A stretch of DNA of 64,000 nucleotides from Mobula hypostoma (lineage: Eukaryota), in contig NC_086097.1 of the NCBI RefSeq assembly GCF_963921235.1, forward strand, positions 254,202,001 through 254,266,000, read 5' to 3'. A program made the translations under genes and the position numbers. Position 1 is the stretch's first letter, and the number at the start of each line of letters is the position of its first letter. The notes under the pieces are model-generated. The model did not search any database. It was not told the DNA's origin and saw only the letters and a program-made list of their open reading frames with translations. This document shows positions 36,227 to 48,382 of the stretch, piece after piece.

Positions 36227-37068
36227 TGTTACGAGAATACACATAAAACTAAGATGTTTGCTGGCCTGGGCTAGCATCAGTGGCATCAGCAGTTGGTCTG
36301 CCACCTGCCCGCAGGGGAAGGAGAGATAAGGAACAATGGAGCAGCGTCTGGAGATGTGTAATGAAGGGATGTGGGAGGAAGAGCTGTCTGGAGCGGCTCC
36401 CCCCTTTGAACCCTGAACTGTTTGAAGTGATGGACAGGCGATACCCCAGCAGGGGGATAAAAAGGGACAGGTTCGCTAAGACAGACACACACGCCACCCG
36501 AGGTAACGAGACCCTGGAAGCGGTGCGCTTCTCACGAGTGGGTGAGAAGTCCCAGACAACGACAAGGGTGGAAAGGTACGATCAGCGGGAACCCGGTGTG
36601 TGTCCGCCCTTGCCTGGGTGCCGGGTTCACTGCAGAGGATCAACCGCATCTGGAGGAGGGGTCACAGTCGGTGACCTCAGGTGACATCACCAAGGACCTG
36701 CCCAAAAGCTGTTTGTGAGCCATCCCGCTGGTCTGTGAGTGAAGCAGTGTTCTGAATGATCAGTTGTTCCTATTCTGTCTCTCTTCCCCCACCTTGTCCA
36801 TCGCCATGGCAACGATTACTGCGAACTGAACTTTGAGTCATTTTGAAATTGGTCATTTACCCCTAGACAATGATAGAGCTTGATTGATGCTGTTATCTTA
36901 ATTCTGTGCACATGTGTGTTTATCATCACTGAACTGTTGCATTTATTATCCCTTCGATTACTGTGTTGCTTGTTTCCTTAATAAAACTTTCTTAGTTCTA
37001 GTACTCCAGACTCCAACTGAGTGATCCATTTCTGCTGGTTTGGCAACCCAGTTACGGGGTACGTAACA
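36227..37068 (+). repeat. 3' LTR
   Basis: Matches the 5' LTR except G32715/A36642 (visual comparison). Confidence 0.97.
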
Positions 37069-37570
37069 TAAGGTTGAGTGGGTAAGGGTCTGGCAGATGG
37101 AATACAATGTTGGTAAATGCAAGGCCATCCACTTTGGATGGAAAAATGAAAGAGCAGATTATTACTTAAATGGTAAAAATAACTGCAGCACGCTGCTGTG
37201 CAGAGGAACTTAGAAATCACAACATGAATCACAAAAGGTTGGTTTGCACGTGCAGCAGGACAGCGATGAGGAGGAACTGCTTTCCCAGAATTTCTGTGGA
37301 ATTCTCTGCCCAATGAAGCAGTGAAGGCTACCTCAGTGAATATATTTAAGACAAGATTGGATAGATTTCTGCACAGTAGGTGAATTAAGGGTTATGGGGA
37401 AAAGGCAGGTAGGTGGAGATGAGTCCATGGTCAGATCAGCCATGATCTTATTGAATGGTGGAGCAGGGCCGACAGGCCAGATAGCCGACTCCTGCTCCTA
37501 TTTCTTATGTTCTTATGGAGGGGAGGAAGAAAAACAAGGCAATAGGAGAAACTGGAAGGGAGGAGGTGTG

Positions 37571-38852
37571 ATTTGCCTATCGCCACAATAGGTCAATGGC
37601 AGACGCAATCTCAGTGGCTCTCCACACGACTTTAGACCACCTGCACAACACAAACACCTATGTCAGGATGCTGTTCATTAACTGTAGCTCAGCACTTAAT
37701 ACCATCATTCCCATAATCCTGATTGAGAAGTTGCAGAACATGGGCCTCTGTATCTCACTCTGCAATTGGATCGTCATCTTCCTAACGGGAAGACCACAGT
37801 CTGTGCAGATTGGTGACAACATCTCTTCCTTGCTAACAATCAACACTGACACACTTCAGGGGTGTGTGCTTAGCCCACTGCTCTACTCTCTATCTACACA
37901 TGACTCTGTGGCTAGGCATAGCTCAAATACCATCTGTAAGTTTGATGACAATACAAGTATTATTGGTAGAATCTCAGGTGGTGACGAGAGGGCGTACAGG
38001 AGTGAGATATGCCTGCTAGTGGAATGGTGCCGCAGCAACAACCTGGCACTCAACGTCCGTAAGACGAAAGAGCTGATTGTGGACTTCAGGAAGGGTAAGA
38101 CGAAGGAACACATACCAGTCCTTGTAGAGGGATCAGAAGTGGAGAGAGTGAGCAGTTTCAAGTTCCTGAGTGTCAAGATCTCTGAGGATCTAACCTGGTC
38201 CCAACATGTCAATGTAGTTATAAAGAAGGCAAGACAGCGGCTATACTTTATTAGGAGTTTGGAGAGATTTGGCATGTCAACAAATACACTCAAAAACTTC
38301 TATAGTCGTACTGTGGAGAGCATTCTGACAAGCTGCATCACTGTCTGGTATGGAGGGGCTACTGCACAGGACCCAAAGAAACTGCAGAAGGTTGTAAATC
38401 TAGTTAGCTCCATCTTGGGTACTAGCTTACAAAGTTCCCAGGACATCTTTAGGGAGCATTGTCTCAGAAAGGCAGAGTCCGTTATTAAGGACCTCCAGCA
38501 CCCAGGGCATGCCCTTTTCTCACTGTTACCATCAGGCAGGACATACAGAAGCCTGAAGGCTCACACTCAGTGATTCAGGAACAGTTTCTTCCCCTCTGCC
38601 ATCCGATTCCTAAATGGATATGGAAGCTTTGGACACGACCTCACTTTTTTTTAATATACAGTATTTCTGTTTTTGCACACTTTTTTTGATTTATTCAATA
38701 TATGTAATTGATTTACTTGTTTATTTATTATTATGTTGTATTTAATTTATTTTTTTTCCTCTGCTAGATTACGTATTGCATTGAACTGCTGCTGCTAAGT
38801 TAACAAATTTCACGTCACATGTCGGTGATAATAAACCGGATTCTGATTCTGA
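37571..38852 (+). mobile_element. 5'-truncated Rex1/Babar-type LINE
   Basis: ORF 37596-38573 ([25 protein letters not shown]); GATTCT tail. Confidence 0.92.
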
Positions 38853-39974
38853 AGTTGATTGGTGAAAAAGATACAGGGCTGGAGAAGGGAGAATCTGATA
38901 GGAGAGGATAGAAGTCCATGGAAGAAAGAAAAGGTGGAGGAACACCAGAGGAAGGTGATTGACAGATATGGAGATACAGTGAGAGAGCAAAAAGGGAGGT
39001 GGCGAGACATTCCCAGAAGTTTGAGAAATCGATGTTCATGCCATCAGGTTGGAGGCTGCCCAGACAGAATATAAGGTGTTGTTCCCCCAACCTGAGTATG
39101 GCCTCATCGCGGCGGTAGAGGAGGCCATGGATAGACATATGGGAATGGGAATTGGAATTAAAATTGATGAGCACTAGAGATCCCACTTTTTCTGGTGGAC
39201 GGAGCGTAGGTGCTCGGCGAAGCAGTATCCCAATTTACGTTGGGTCTCATATACAGGATGACACACGGGGAGCACCGAACATAGCGTATGACCCCAACAG
39301 GCTCACAGGTAAAGTGTCGCCTCACCTGGAAGGATTGTTTGGGGCCCTGAATGGTAGTGAGGGAGGAGGTGTAGGGACAGGTATAGCACTTGTTCCGCTT
39401 GCAAGGATAAATGCCAGGAGGGAGGTCAGTGGGGAGGGACAAATGGACAAGAGAGTTGTATTGGGAGCAATCCCTGCAGAAAGTGGAAAGTGGGGGGGGG
39501 GGGCGCGGGAGAAGGGAAAGATTTATTTGGTGATGGGATCCAGTTGCAGATGGAGGAAGTTGCGGAGAATTATGTGCTTAACTCATGGTGATACAATTGT
39601 ATTTCTATGTTGCATTGACTGTCCTGTTGTACATACTATTTCTTATAAATTACTATAAATTACACATTGCACATTTAGACAGATTCAATAATAAATTTAC
39701 TTTGAACTTTGGATGTGGAAGCTGGTGAGGTGGTAGGTAAGGACAAGAGGAACCCTATCCCTGATGGGGTGGCCAGAGGATCTATTGTACACAGTGCTCC
39801 CGGTGTGAATTCCTGTATGTTAGTGACACCCAATATAGTTTGGAGACCACTTCGCCGAGCACCCACACTCAGGTTGGAGAAGCAACACTTTAAATTCTGT
39901 CTGGGTAACCTCGAACCTGACAGCATGAACATCAATGTGTCAAACTTCTGCTACATGTGACCTGTGCTTCTCCC

Positions 39975-41810
39975 TCTCAAATTGCAGTATGAATTCAATC
40001 ATATTGTGATCACTGCCTCCTAAGGATTCCTTTACATTAAGCTCCTTAATAAGATCTGGGTTATCACACAACAGCCAATCTAAGATAGCCTTTCCCCAAG
40101 TAGGCTCAAGCACAAACTGCTCTAAAAAGCCATCTCATAGGCATTCAACAAATTTCCTCTCTTGTGATCCAACAACAACCTGATTTTCTCAATCCCCTTG
40201 CATATTGGTCCCACATTACAGTTGTGCCATTACCTTTGTTACATGCCTCTTCCAGCTCCCTTTGCAATCTCAACCTCACATCTTGGCTACTATTTGGAGG
40301 CTTATGTATGATTCCCATAATGATTTTTTCACCCTTGTGGTTTCTTAACTCCACCCACGAAGATCCAACATTTCTCTGACCCTATGTCACCTCTTTCTAA
40401 AGATGTAATTCCATTTCTTACCAACAGAGCCACACCATTGCCTATGCCTTCCTGCCTGTCCTTTCGATACAAAGTATCTCCTTTGATATTAAGCTCCCAT
40501 CTATAGCCTTCTTTCAGCCATGACTCAGTGTCATGCCCACCTTTCTCTGATTGTGCCATGAGCTTGTCTGCCTTATTCCGAATGCTATGCGCATTTAAAT
40601 ACAGCAACTTCAGTCCTGCATTCTTCGCGCTCTTAATTCTTGACTCCATGGTACAATTTAACTCTTTGTACTTCCTGCATTTGTAATCAGTCATTGACCT
40701 GTCCTTCCATACATTCATGTTACATCCACCATCTACTTGTAAACTTGCTCTATCATACTCGTTCCTACCCCCATACCATATTATTTTAAACCACTCCCAA
40801 CCGGCTTACTAAACCTGCCTGCAAGAATATTGGTCCATCTTAGAAAGATAGAAACATAGAAAACCTACAGCACAATACAGGCCCTTTGGCCCACAAACCT
40901 GTGCCGAACATGTCCTTACCTTAGAAATTACCTCGGGTTACCCATAGCCCTCTATTTATTTAAGCTCCGTTGTACCCTTGGTTTCAAGTGCAACCTGTCC
41001 TTTTTGTACAGGTCCCACCTGCCCCAGAAGTGATCCTAATTATCCAGAAATCTGAATCCCTACCCCTTGCTCCAATTTTTCAGCCACGCATTTATTTGCC
41101 ACCTCATTCTATTCCTATCCTCATTATCGCGTGCCAGAGGCAACAATCCAAAGGTTATTACCTTTGAGATCCTGCTTCTCAGCTTCCTTGCTAATTCCCT
41201 GTATTTTTTCTGGACCTCCTCACTTTGTTGTTTGTACCAATATGTACCACGACTTCCGGCTGCTCACCGTCCCTCTTCAGGATATTATGGATGCGTTCAG
41301 AAATATCACGGACCCTGGCACGTGGGAGGCAACCTGTCATCTGTGTTACCTTTTCGTGTCCTTGGAATCACCTATCTGTGCCCCTGACTATAGAGTACCC
41401 TCTGACTGCTGTCATCCTCTTCCGTTCCCTACCCTTCTGAGCCACAGGGCCAGACTTAGTGCCAGAGGCACGGCTGCTGTTGCTTCTCCTATACGTTGTC
41501 CCTCCCAACAGTACTCAAAATGGAATACTTATTGTTTAGTTGGATGGCCACTGGTGTGCTCTCTACTATCTGACAATCTCCCTTCCCTCTTTTGACAGTC
41601 ACCCATTTCTCTGTCTCCAGTAGCCTTGGGATGACTACCTCTGTATAGCTCCTGTCTATCACTTCTTCATTTTCCTGAACAAGCCAAAGGTCATCGAGCT
41701 GCAGCTCTAGTTCTCTGACATGATCTTTATGGATCTGCATCTCAATACACCTGGTGCAGATGTGGCCGTCGGGGATGCTGGAAGTCTCCTGGAAATCCTA
41801 CATTTGTCAC
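39975..41810 (-). mobile_element. Degraded CR1 ORF1 and ORF2 N-terminus, with a B tail inserted at about 40845-40970
   Basis: VRELELQLDDL (ORF1); LYLNAHSIRNK, TESWLKEG and WELNI (EN). Confidence 0.82.
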
Positions 41811-41995
41811 CCAGTACAGAACAGAGCCTTGCCATTAGAAAGCAGCATCAATCACCAAGTACTCCCATAATCCAGGCCATGCTCGCTTCTCACTGCAGCA
41901 TTGGGCAGCAGGTACAGGAGCCTAGGGACCCACACCACCAGGTTATTACCCTTCAACCATCAGGTTACTGAACGAATGTGGATAATTTCACTCAT

Positions 41996-43210
41996 CTGAA
42001 CTAAGCACATTGATGAAGGTAGAGCCATAGATGTAGAGTACATGGATCTTAGCAAGGCATTTGATAAGGTACCCCATGCAAGGCCTTTTTGAGAAAGTAA
42101 GGAGGCATGGGATCCAAGGGGACCTTGCTTTGTCGATCCAGAACTGGCTTGCCCACAGAAGGCAAAGAGTGGTTGCAGATGGGTCATATTCTGCATGGAG
42201 CTCCGTGACCAGTGGTGTGCCTCAGGGATCTGTTCTGGGACCCCTACTCATTGTGATTTTTATAAATGACCTGGATGAGGAAGTGGAGGGATGGGTTAGT
42301 AAGTTTGCTGATGACACAAAGGTTGGGGGTGTTGTGGATAGTGTGGAGGGCTGTCAGAGGTTACAGCAGGACATTGATAGGGTGCAAAACTGGGTTGAGA
42401 GGTGGCAGATGGAGTTCAACCCAGGTAAGTGTGAGATGGTTCATTTTTGCAGGTCAAATACGATGGCAGAATATAGCATTAATGGTAAGACGCTTGGCAG
42501 TGTGGAGGATCAGAGGAATCTTGGGGTCCGAGTCTATAGGACACACAAAGCTGCTACGCAGGTTGACTCTGTGGTTAAGGAGGCATACAGTGCATTGGCC
42601 TTCATCAGTCATTGGATTGAGTTTAAGATCCGAGAGGTAATGTTGTAGCTATATAGGATCCTGGTCAGACCCCACTTGGAGTACTGTGCTCATTTCTAGT
42701 CGCCTCACTATAGGAAGGATGTGGAAACCATAGAAAGGGTGCAGAGGAGATTTACAAGGATATTGCCTGGATTGGGGAGCATGCATTATGAGAATAGGTT
42801 GAGTGAACTCGGCCTTTTCTCCTTGAAGCGATGGAGGATGAGAGGTGACCTGATAGAGGTGTGCAAGATAATGAGAGGCATTGATCGTGTGGATAGTCAG
42901 AGGCTTTTCCCCAGGGCTGAAATGGCTAGCATGAGAGGTTATAGTTTTAAGGTGCTTGGAAGTAGGTACAGAGGAGATGTCAGGGGTAAGTTTTTTTACG
43001 CAGAGAGTGATGAGTGCGTGGAATGGGCTGCCGGTGGCTGTGGCGGAGGCGGAAACGATCGGGTCTTTTAAGAGACTCTTGGATGGCTACATGGAGAAAT
43101 AGAGGGCTATGGGTAAAGCCTAGGTAATTCTAAGGTAGGGACTTGTTTGGCACAGGTTTGTGGGCCAAAGGGCCTGTATTGTGCTATGTGTTTTCTTTGT
43201 TTCTATGTTT
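41996..43210 (+). mobile_element. 5'-truncated CR1-B inserted in a Rex-like tail (about 41830-41995 and 43211-43490)
   Basis: ORFs 42061-42648 ([12 protein letters not shown]) and 42721-43071; gtttctatgtttc tail. Confidence 0.9.
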
Positions 43211-43759
43211 CAACACTGAAATGATTGTACAACCTAGAGACACAATTTCAAGGACCTTACAAATCATGTTCTGAGTATTACTTACTTATTTTTTATTATT
43301 TGAATGATTTGGCTTCATTTGCACACTGGTTGTTTGTTGGTCATTGTTTCTGGATAGTTTTTCATAATTTCTGTTATATTCTTTATTTTCCTATAAAATG
43401 CCTGGAAGGAAATGAGTTTCAGGGTAGTATATGATGCCATATACAGTACGTACTTAGATAATAAATTTCCTTTCACTTTGATGCTTTGAATCATGACATC
43501 ACCTTTAAAGATCCACTTCCTGACTGAGTGTAATTTTGTCACTTTGACCTTTTAAACTTCTGGCAGTAATCTCTCTTCACTTGCACACGTAGTTTAGAGC
43601 TTCAGTTTCTCGCAGCTTGGCTCCTAGGCGTGTGATGCCTATTTCATACTTCAGCAGCAGGGAATATATTCTTAAAGAAGTGGGAACCAGGATGGAGTTA
43701 ATGTTCATTTATAAAAGCGAAATCATGTTTCAGGTTCAAGTTTATTTTCATCTGACTAT

Positions 43760-44527
43760 ATACTGTTTTCTAAACAGGGAGAAAATCAAAAAATCTGAGA
43801 TGCAAAGGGACTAGGGAGTCCTTGTGCAAAACACCCTTAAGGTTAATTTGCTAGTTGAGTCAGTGGTGAGGAAGGCAAATGCCATGTTAGCATTCATTTC
43901 AAGAGGTCTAGAATACAAGAGCAAGCATGTGATGCTGAGGCTTTATAAGGCACTGGTGAGGCCTCACCTTGAGTATTGTGAACAGTTTTGGGCCCCTCGT
44001 CTTAGAAAAGATTTGCTGGGATTGGAGAGGGTCCTGAAGAGGCTCACAAGGATGATTCCAGGAATGAAAAGGTTATCATAGGAGGAATGTTTGATGGTTC
44101 TAGGTCTGTACTCGCTGGAATTCAGAAGGATGAGGGGGGATCTCATTGAAACCTTTCGAACGTTGAAAGGCCCAGACAGAGTTGATGTGGAAAGGATGTT
44201 TCCTATGGTGGGAGAGTCTAGGACAAGGGGGTACAGCCTCAGGATGGAGGAGCGCCCTTTCAAAATGGAGATGTGGAGAAATTTCTTTAGCCAGATGGTG
44301 GTCATTTTGTGGAATTTATTACCACATGCAGCTGTGGAGGCCAGGTGGTTGGGTGTACTTAAGGCAGAGGTTGATAGGTTCTTGACAGAACATGGCATCA
44401 AAGGTTACAGGAGAAGGCCAGGAATTGGGGTTGAGGAGGAGATAAAAAAAAGGGTCAGCCATGATTGAATGGCAGAGCAGACTTGATGGGCCAAATGGTC
44501 TAATTCTGCTCCTGTGTGTTATGGTCT
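43760..44527 (+). mobile_element. CR1 3' fragment
   Basis: LYKALVRPHLEYC and LYSLEFRRMRGDLIE motifs. Confidence 0.9.
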
Positions 44528-46560
44528 CATGCTCTTCCCTTGTCAGGCACGGTTGTACTATTTTGCCATTTGAGTATTTCTTTGTTTTTGGAATACATCT
44601 AACCTCCACCTTCCTCATTTTTTTCTAGAAACTCACATCATTGCCACTCTGCTATCATCTTCGCCAACATCTTCTTCCAGTTTACTACAGCCAAATGCTT
44701 TCTCATACCACTGTAATTTCCTATGCTCCATTGAAATACTGTTACGTCAAACTTCACTTTTTCCCTTTCAACTTTCAAGTTGCACTCATTCATATTGTGA
44801 TCACTGCCCTCATGAGGGTTCCTTTACCCTGAGTTCCTAATCACCTCTGGTTCATTACATAACATCAAATCCAGTATAGGTGCTCCCCTAGCAGGCTCAA
44901 GGACAAACTGCTCTGAAAAGCCAACTTGTAGCCATTCAACCAATTCACTTTCTGGAGACCCATTATCAACGTGATTTTCCCTGTCGACCTGCATGTTGAA
45001 ATCTCCGATGACTATCATAACATTGCCTTCTTGACACACCTTTTCTGTTTCCCATTGTAATCTGTAGTCCACATCCCAGCTACTGCTTGGAGGCCTGTAT
45101 ATAATTGACATCAGAGTACTTTTACCCTTGCAGTTTCTTAGCTCAACTCACAAGAGTTCAACGTCTTCCGATCCTATGTCACAGCTTTCTGTCGATTTGA
45201 TGCTATTCTTTACCAGCAGAGCCACGTCACCCCCTCTGCCTACCTTCCTATCCCTCCAGTACAATGTGTAACCTTGGACATTCAGCTCCCAACTACAGCC
45301 ATCTTTCAGCCATGATTCAGTGATGGCCACAACATTATACCATAAGATATAGGAGCAGAAGTAGGCCATTCAGCCCATTGAGTCTGCCCTGCCATTCAAT
45401 CATGGGCTGATCCACTTCATCCAGTCATCCCCACTCCCCTGCCTTCACCCTTTGATGCCCTGGCTAATCAAGAACCTATCTATCTCTGTCTTAAATACAC
45501 CCAATGACCTGGCCTTCATAGCCGCTCGTGGCAACAAATTCCACAGATTTACCACCCTCTGACTAAAGTAACTTCTCCGATCTCAGTTCTAAATGGACGT
45601 CCTTCAATCCTGAAGTCATGCCCTCTTGTCCTAGAATCCCGTACCATGAGAAATAACTTTGCCCTATATACAGTCTGTACAAGAGCAACCTTAAGAACAC
45701 CTTATTTCTTATACTTGTGCATTGAGATATCACATTTTGAGTACTGTATTTGCTACCCTTTTTGATTCTGCATCCCTAATGCACTGATACTCACCCTACT
45801 GGCTGCAGTTTTGTCCTATCATCTGCCTGCCCTTCCTGATAGTCTGACTGCACACTATCTTTGCTTTTTTTAACCATCTGTTCTATCCTGAGTCCTTTCA
45901 CTCTGGTTCGCACCCTCCTGCCAAATTAGTTTAAACCCTCCCCAACAGCTCTAACAAACCTGCCCATGATCTCCTAATTGCAACCTGTCCCTTTTGTATA
46001 GGTCATACCTCCTCCAGAAGAGATCCCAGTGATCCAAGAACCTGAAGCCCTGCCCCCTGCACCATCTTCTCAGCCACATGTTTATATACCAAATCATCCT
46101 GTTTCTACCCTCACTGGCACGTGGCACAGGCAGCAATCCAGAAATTACTACCCTTGTGGTCCTGCTTCTCAGCTTTTTGCCTGGCTCTCTAAATTCTCTT
46201 TTCAGGACATCATTGCTTTTCCTTCCTATGTCATTGGCACCAATATGTACCAAGACATCTGGCTGCTCCCCTTCCCTCTTCAAAATGCTGTGGGTGCCAT
46301 CCAAGAGGTCCCTGACCCTGGGACCTGGGAGGCAACATACTACCCGGGTGGTCCGTTCACATCAATGGCGCTGTTACTGAGAGAGTGAAGAGCACAAAGT
46401 TCATTGTTGTGCTCATAATAGATGATCTAACCTGGACCCACAACTTTTCTTCATTAGTCAAGAAGACACCCGTCTTCTCTCTCTTTCCCTTCTGCAACAC
46501 GGTCCCTTGCTCAGTGCCAGTAACCTGGTCTCCGTGCCATTCCCCTGGGAAATCATCCCC
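44528..46560 (-). mobile_element. Degraded CR1-F ORF1/EN region with a CR1-E tail (45343-45665) and a Rex sliver (46384-46455)
   Basis: ORFs 45951-46304 (HIGAND, HWDLFW), 45148-45369 and 44824-45111 (GDFN). Confidence 0.8.
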
Positions 46561-46814
46561 CACAAAGCATATATCATACACAGCACATAAACCAAAATAC
46601 TGTCATAAATAAGCCAATGAAATATAATTCAAAATGGATGTAGCGTGCAGCACAAATAACCAGTAAACTGTACACTAAACAACTCTCTGTCCTAGTGATG
46701 AGACCTTGATGGTGGAAAGATACTCATTAGTCTTACAACCTGAGGGAAGCAGCTGTTACCCAGTCCGGCAGGCCGAGTAGCTCCCGTACCGTCCTTCCTA
46801 ATGGCAGTGAGTCA

Positions 46815-47005
46815 GGGCAAGGTGAGCCTTCTCCAGGACCTTGTTGTTGGAGACACGATCCTGCCAGCTGATACCCGTGGTGGAGTGGAGGCAGTGATGA
46901 AAGTGCTCAAGCAATCAGATTTGCTTGCAGAACAAGTCCCAGGCTCCGGAGCCTTATAGCAGCATTGTGACGACAGCAGCTCTGTACACCTGGATTTTTG
47001 TGGGC
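46815..47005 (-). mobile_element. RTE-clade LINE fragment
   Basis: Minus translation TKIQVYRAAVVTMLL*GS...LLEHFHHCL...GISWQDRVSNNKVLEKA is typical of the RTE C-terminal region. Confidence 0.75.
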
Positions 47006-47608
47006 AGGCACAGCTGGTGGTTCACACACATTTCTGGAGGTGCCCGAAAGCAGTGCTTTCGATACTGTTGGTGGGGAACAACCTAGCAGGTATCTAGCTC
47101 TGTGGCTCAAAATGGAAGGGAGAAAGAGACATGTGTAGCAGTGATGGAGGATTCTATAGTTAGAAGAGCAGAAAGCAGATTCTGTGGATGTAAAAGAGAC
47201 ACCTGGATGGAATATTGCCTCCCAGCTGCTAGGGTCAGGGACATCTCAGATCAGTCTGCAGCAGTCTAAAGGGGGAGGGTGAGCAGCCAGAAGTCTTAGT
47301 ACATATTGGCACTAATGGAGTAGATAGGAAAGATGAGGAAGTTCCGAAGAACGAATTTAGGGAATTAGGTAGAAAGCTGAAAAGAAGGACCTCCAGGTTA
47401 GTAATCTTTAGATTGCGGCCTATGCTACACGCCAGTAAGAGTCAGACCATGAGGTGTAGGAGCAGAATTAGGCCATTTGGCCTATCGAGTCTGTGCCACG
47501 ACTTCATCATGGCTTATCCAATTTTCCTGTCAGCCCCAATCTCCTACTTTCTCCCCATATCCCTTCATGCCCTGACCAATCAAAAATCTATCAACCTCTA
47601 TCTTAAAT

Positions 47609-48382
47609 CAGGGGTCCCTAACCTTTTTTGCACTGCGGACCGGCCGACCGGGGGAAGTGTTCAAATAGGGTTAAACTCACCTCAACATGTCTTTTACAGT
47701 TAGGGTTGCCAACTTTCTCACTCCCAAATAAGGGACAAAAGTAGCAGCCAAATCCCGGGACACTAGTGTTTACCCCGAAAAAGACTACCATGACCATGAA
47801 GCCTTGCGCGGGCACCTGTGTGTGCATGCGTGACGTGTGCATGTGTGACGTGTGCATGCACGTACATGCTGATTTTTTTTCCCACAAATCGGTTTTAGCT
47901 TAATCTTCCCGACTACACTGTACATACATTATTTCTACTTTATATAGGCTGTGTATTTATCATATCATTCCTGCTTTTACTATATGTTAGTGTTATTTTA
48001 GGTTTTATGTGTTACTTGGTATGATTTGGTAGGTTATTTTTTGGGTCTGGAAATGCTCAAAAATTTTTCCCATATAAATTAATGGTAATTGCTTCTTCAC
48101 TTTACGCCATTTCGGCACAAAAGGTTTCATAAGAACGCTCTACCTTAGCGGGGGAAATACGGGACAAGAGCGGTCACGTGTGGGACAAACCAATTTAGCC
48201 CAATATACGGGATGTCCCGGCAAATATGGGACAGTTGGCAACCCTATGTTCAAGTTCAACAGTGCGTGACAGGCAATGAGGAAAGGTGCAGCTGACTCAT
48301 ATTGTTCCCTCGCGGCCCGGTAGCACATGCTTTGCTACCAGGCTGCGAGGAACCACCCGGTTGGGGTGGTTGGGGACTGCTG
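47609..48382. mobile_element. hAT (Charlie-like) MITE
   Basis: TIRs CAGGGGTCCCTAACC / GGTTGGGGACTGCTG; 8-bp TSD TCTTAAAT / TCTGAAAT. Confidence 0.85.
47666..48246. mobile_element. Second hAT-type MITE nested in the first
   Basis: Perfect 14-bp inverted repeat TAGGGTTGCCAACT (47701) / AGTTGGCAACCCTA (48233-48246); 8-bp TSD-like TGTTCAAA (47658-47665) / TGTTCAAG (48247-48254). Confidence 0.75.

Larger units (their letters stand above)
32300..37068 (+). mobile_element. Gmr1-like Gypsy LTR retroelement, non-autonomous (pol internally deleted), very young
   Basis: Paired 842-bp LTRs with TGTTACG...CGTAACA ends, PBS, PPT and a single gag-PR-(IN remnant)-(RT remnant) ORF. Confidence 0.95.
28918..37516 (+). 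mobile_element. Degraded CR1-D ORF2 hosting three younger insertions (own pieces 28918-29288, 30273-30866, 31493-32299, 37069-37516)
   Basis: EN, KSPGP and KFSDD motifs continue across each insertion; 3' end tttcttatgttcttatg at about 37516. Confidence 0.85.
23494..39960 (-). mobile_element. Penelope-like (GIY-YIG) element in pieces: 23494-23610, 28861-28917, 37517-37570, 38851-39580, 39710-39780, plus an inverted piece at 39850-39957
   Basis: Minus ORFs PPGIYPCKRNKCYTCP...FTCEPVGVIRYVRCSPC (GIY-YIG N-part) and LRLGEQHLIFCLGSLQPDGMNIDFSNF; the non-coding pieces join in order across the insertions. Confidence 0.75.

Noticed and set aside
43593..43629. Candidate exon LELQFLAAWLLG
   Set aside because: Donor GC|gtgtga is too weak.
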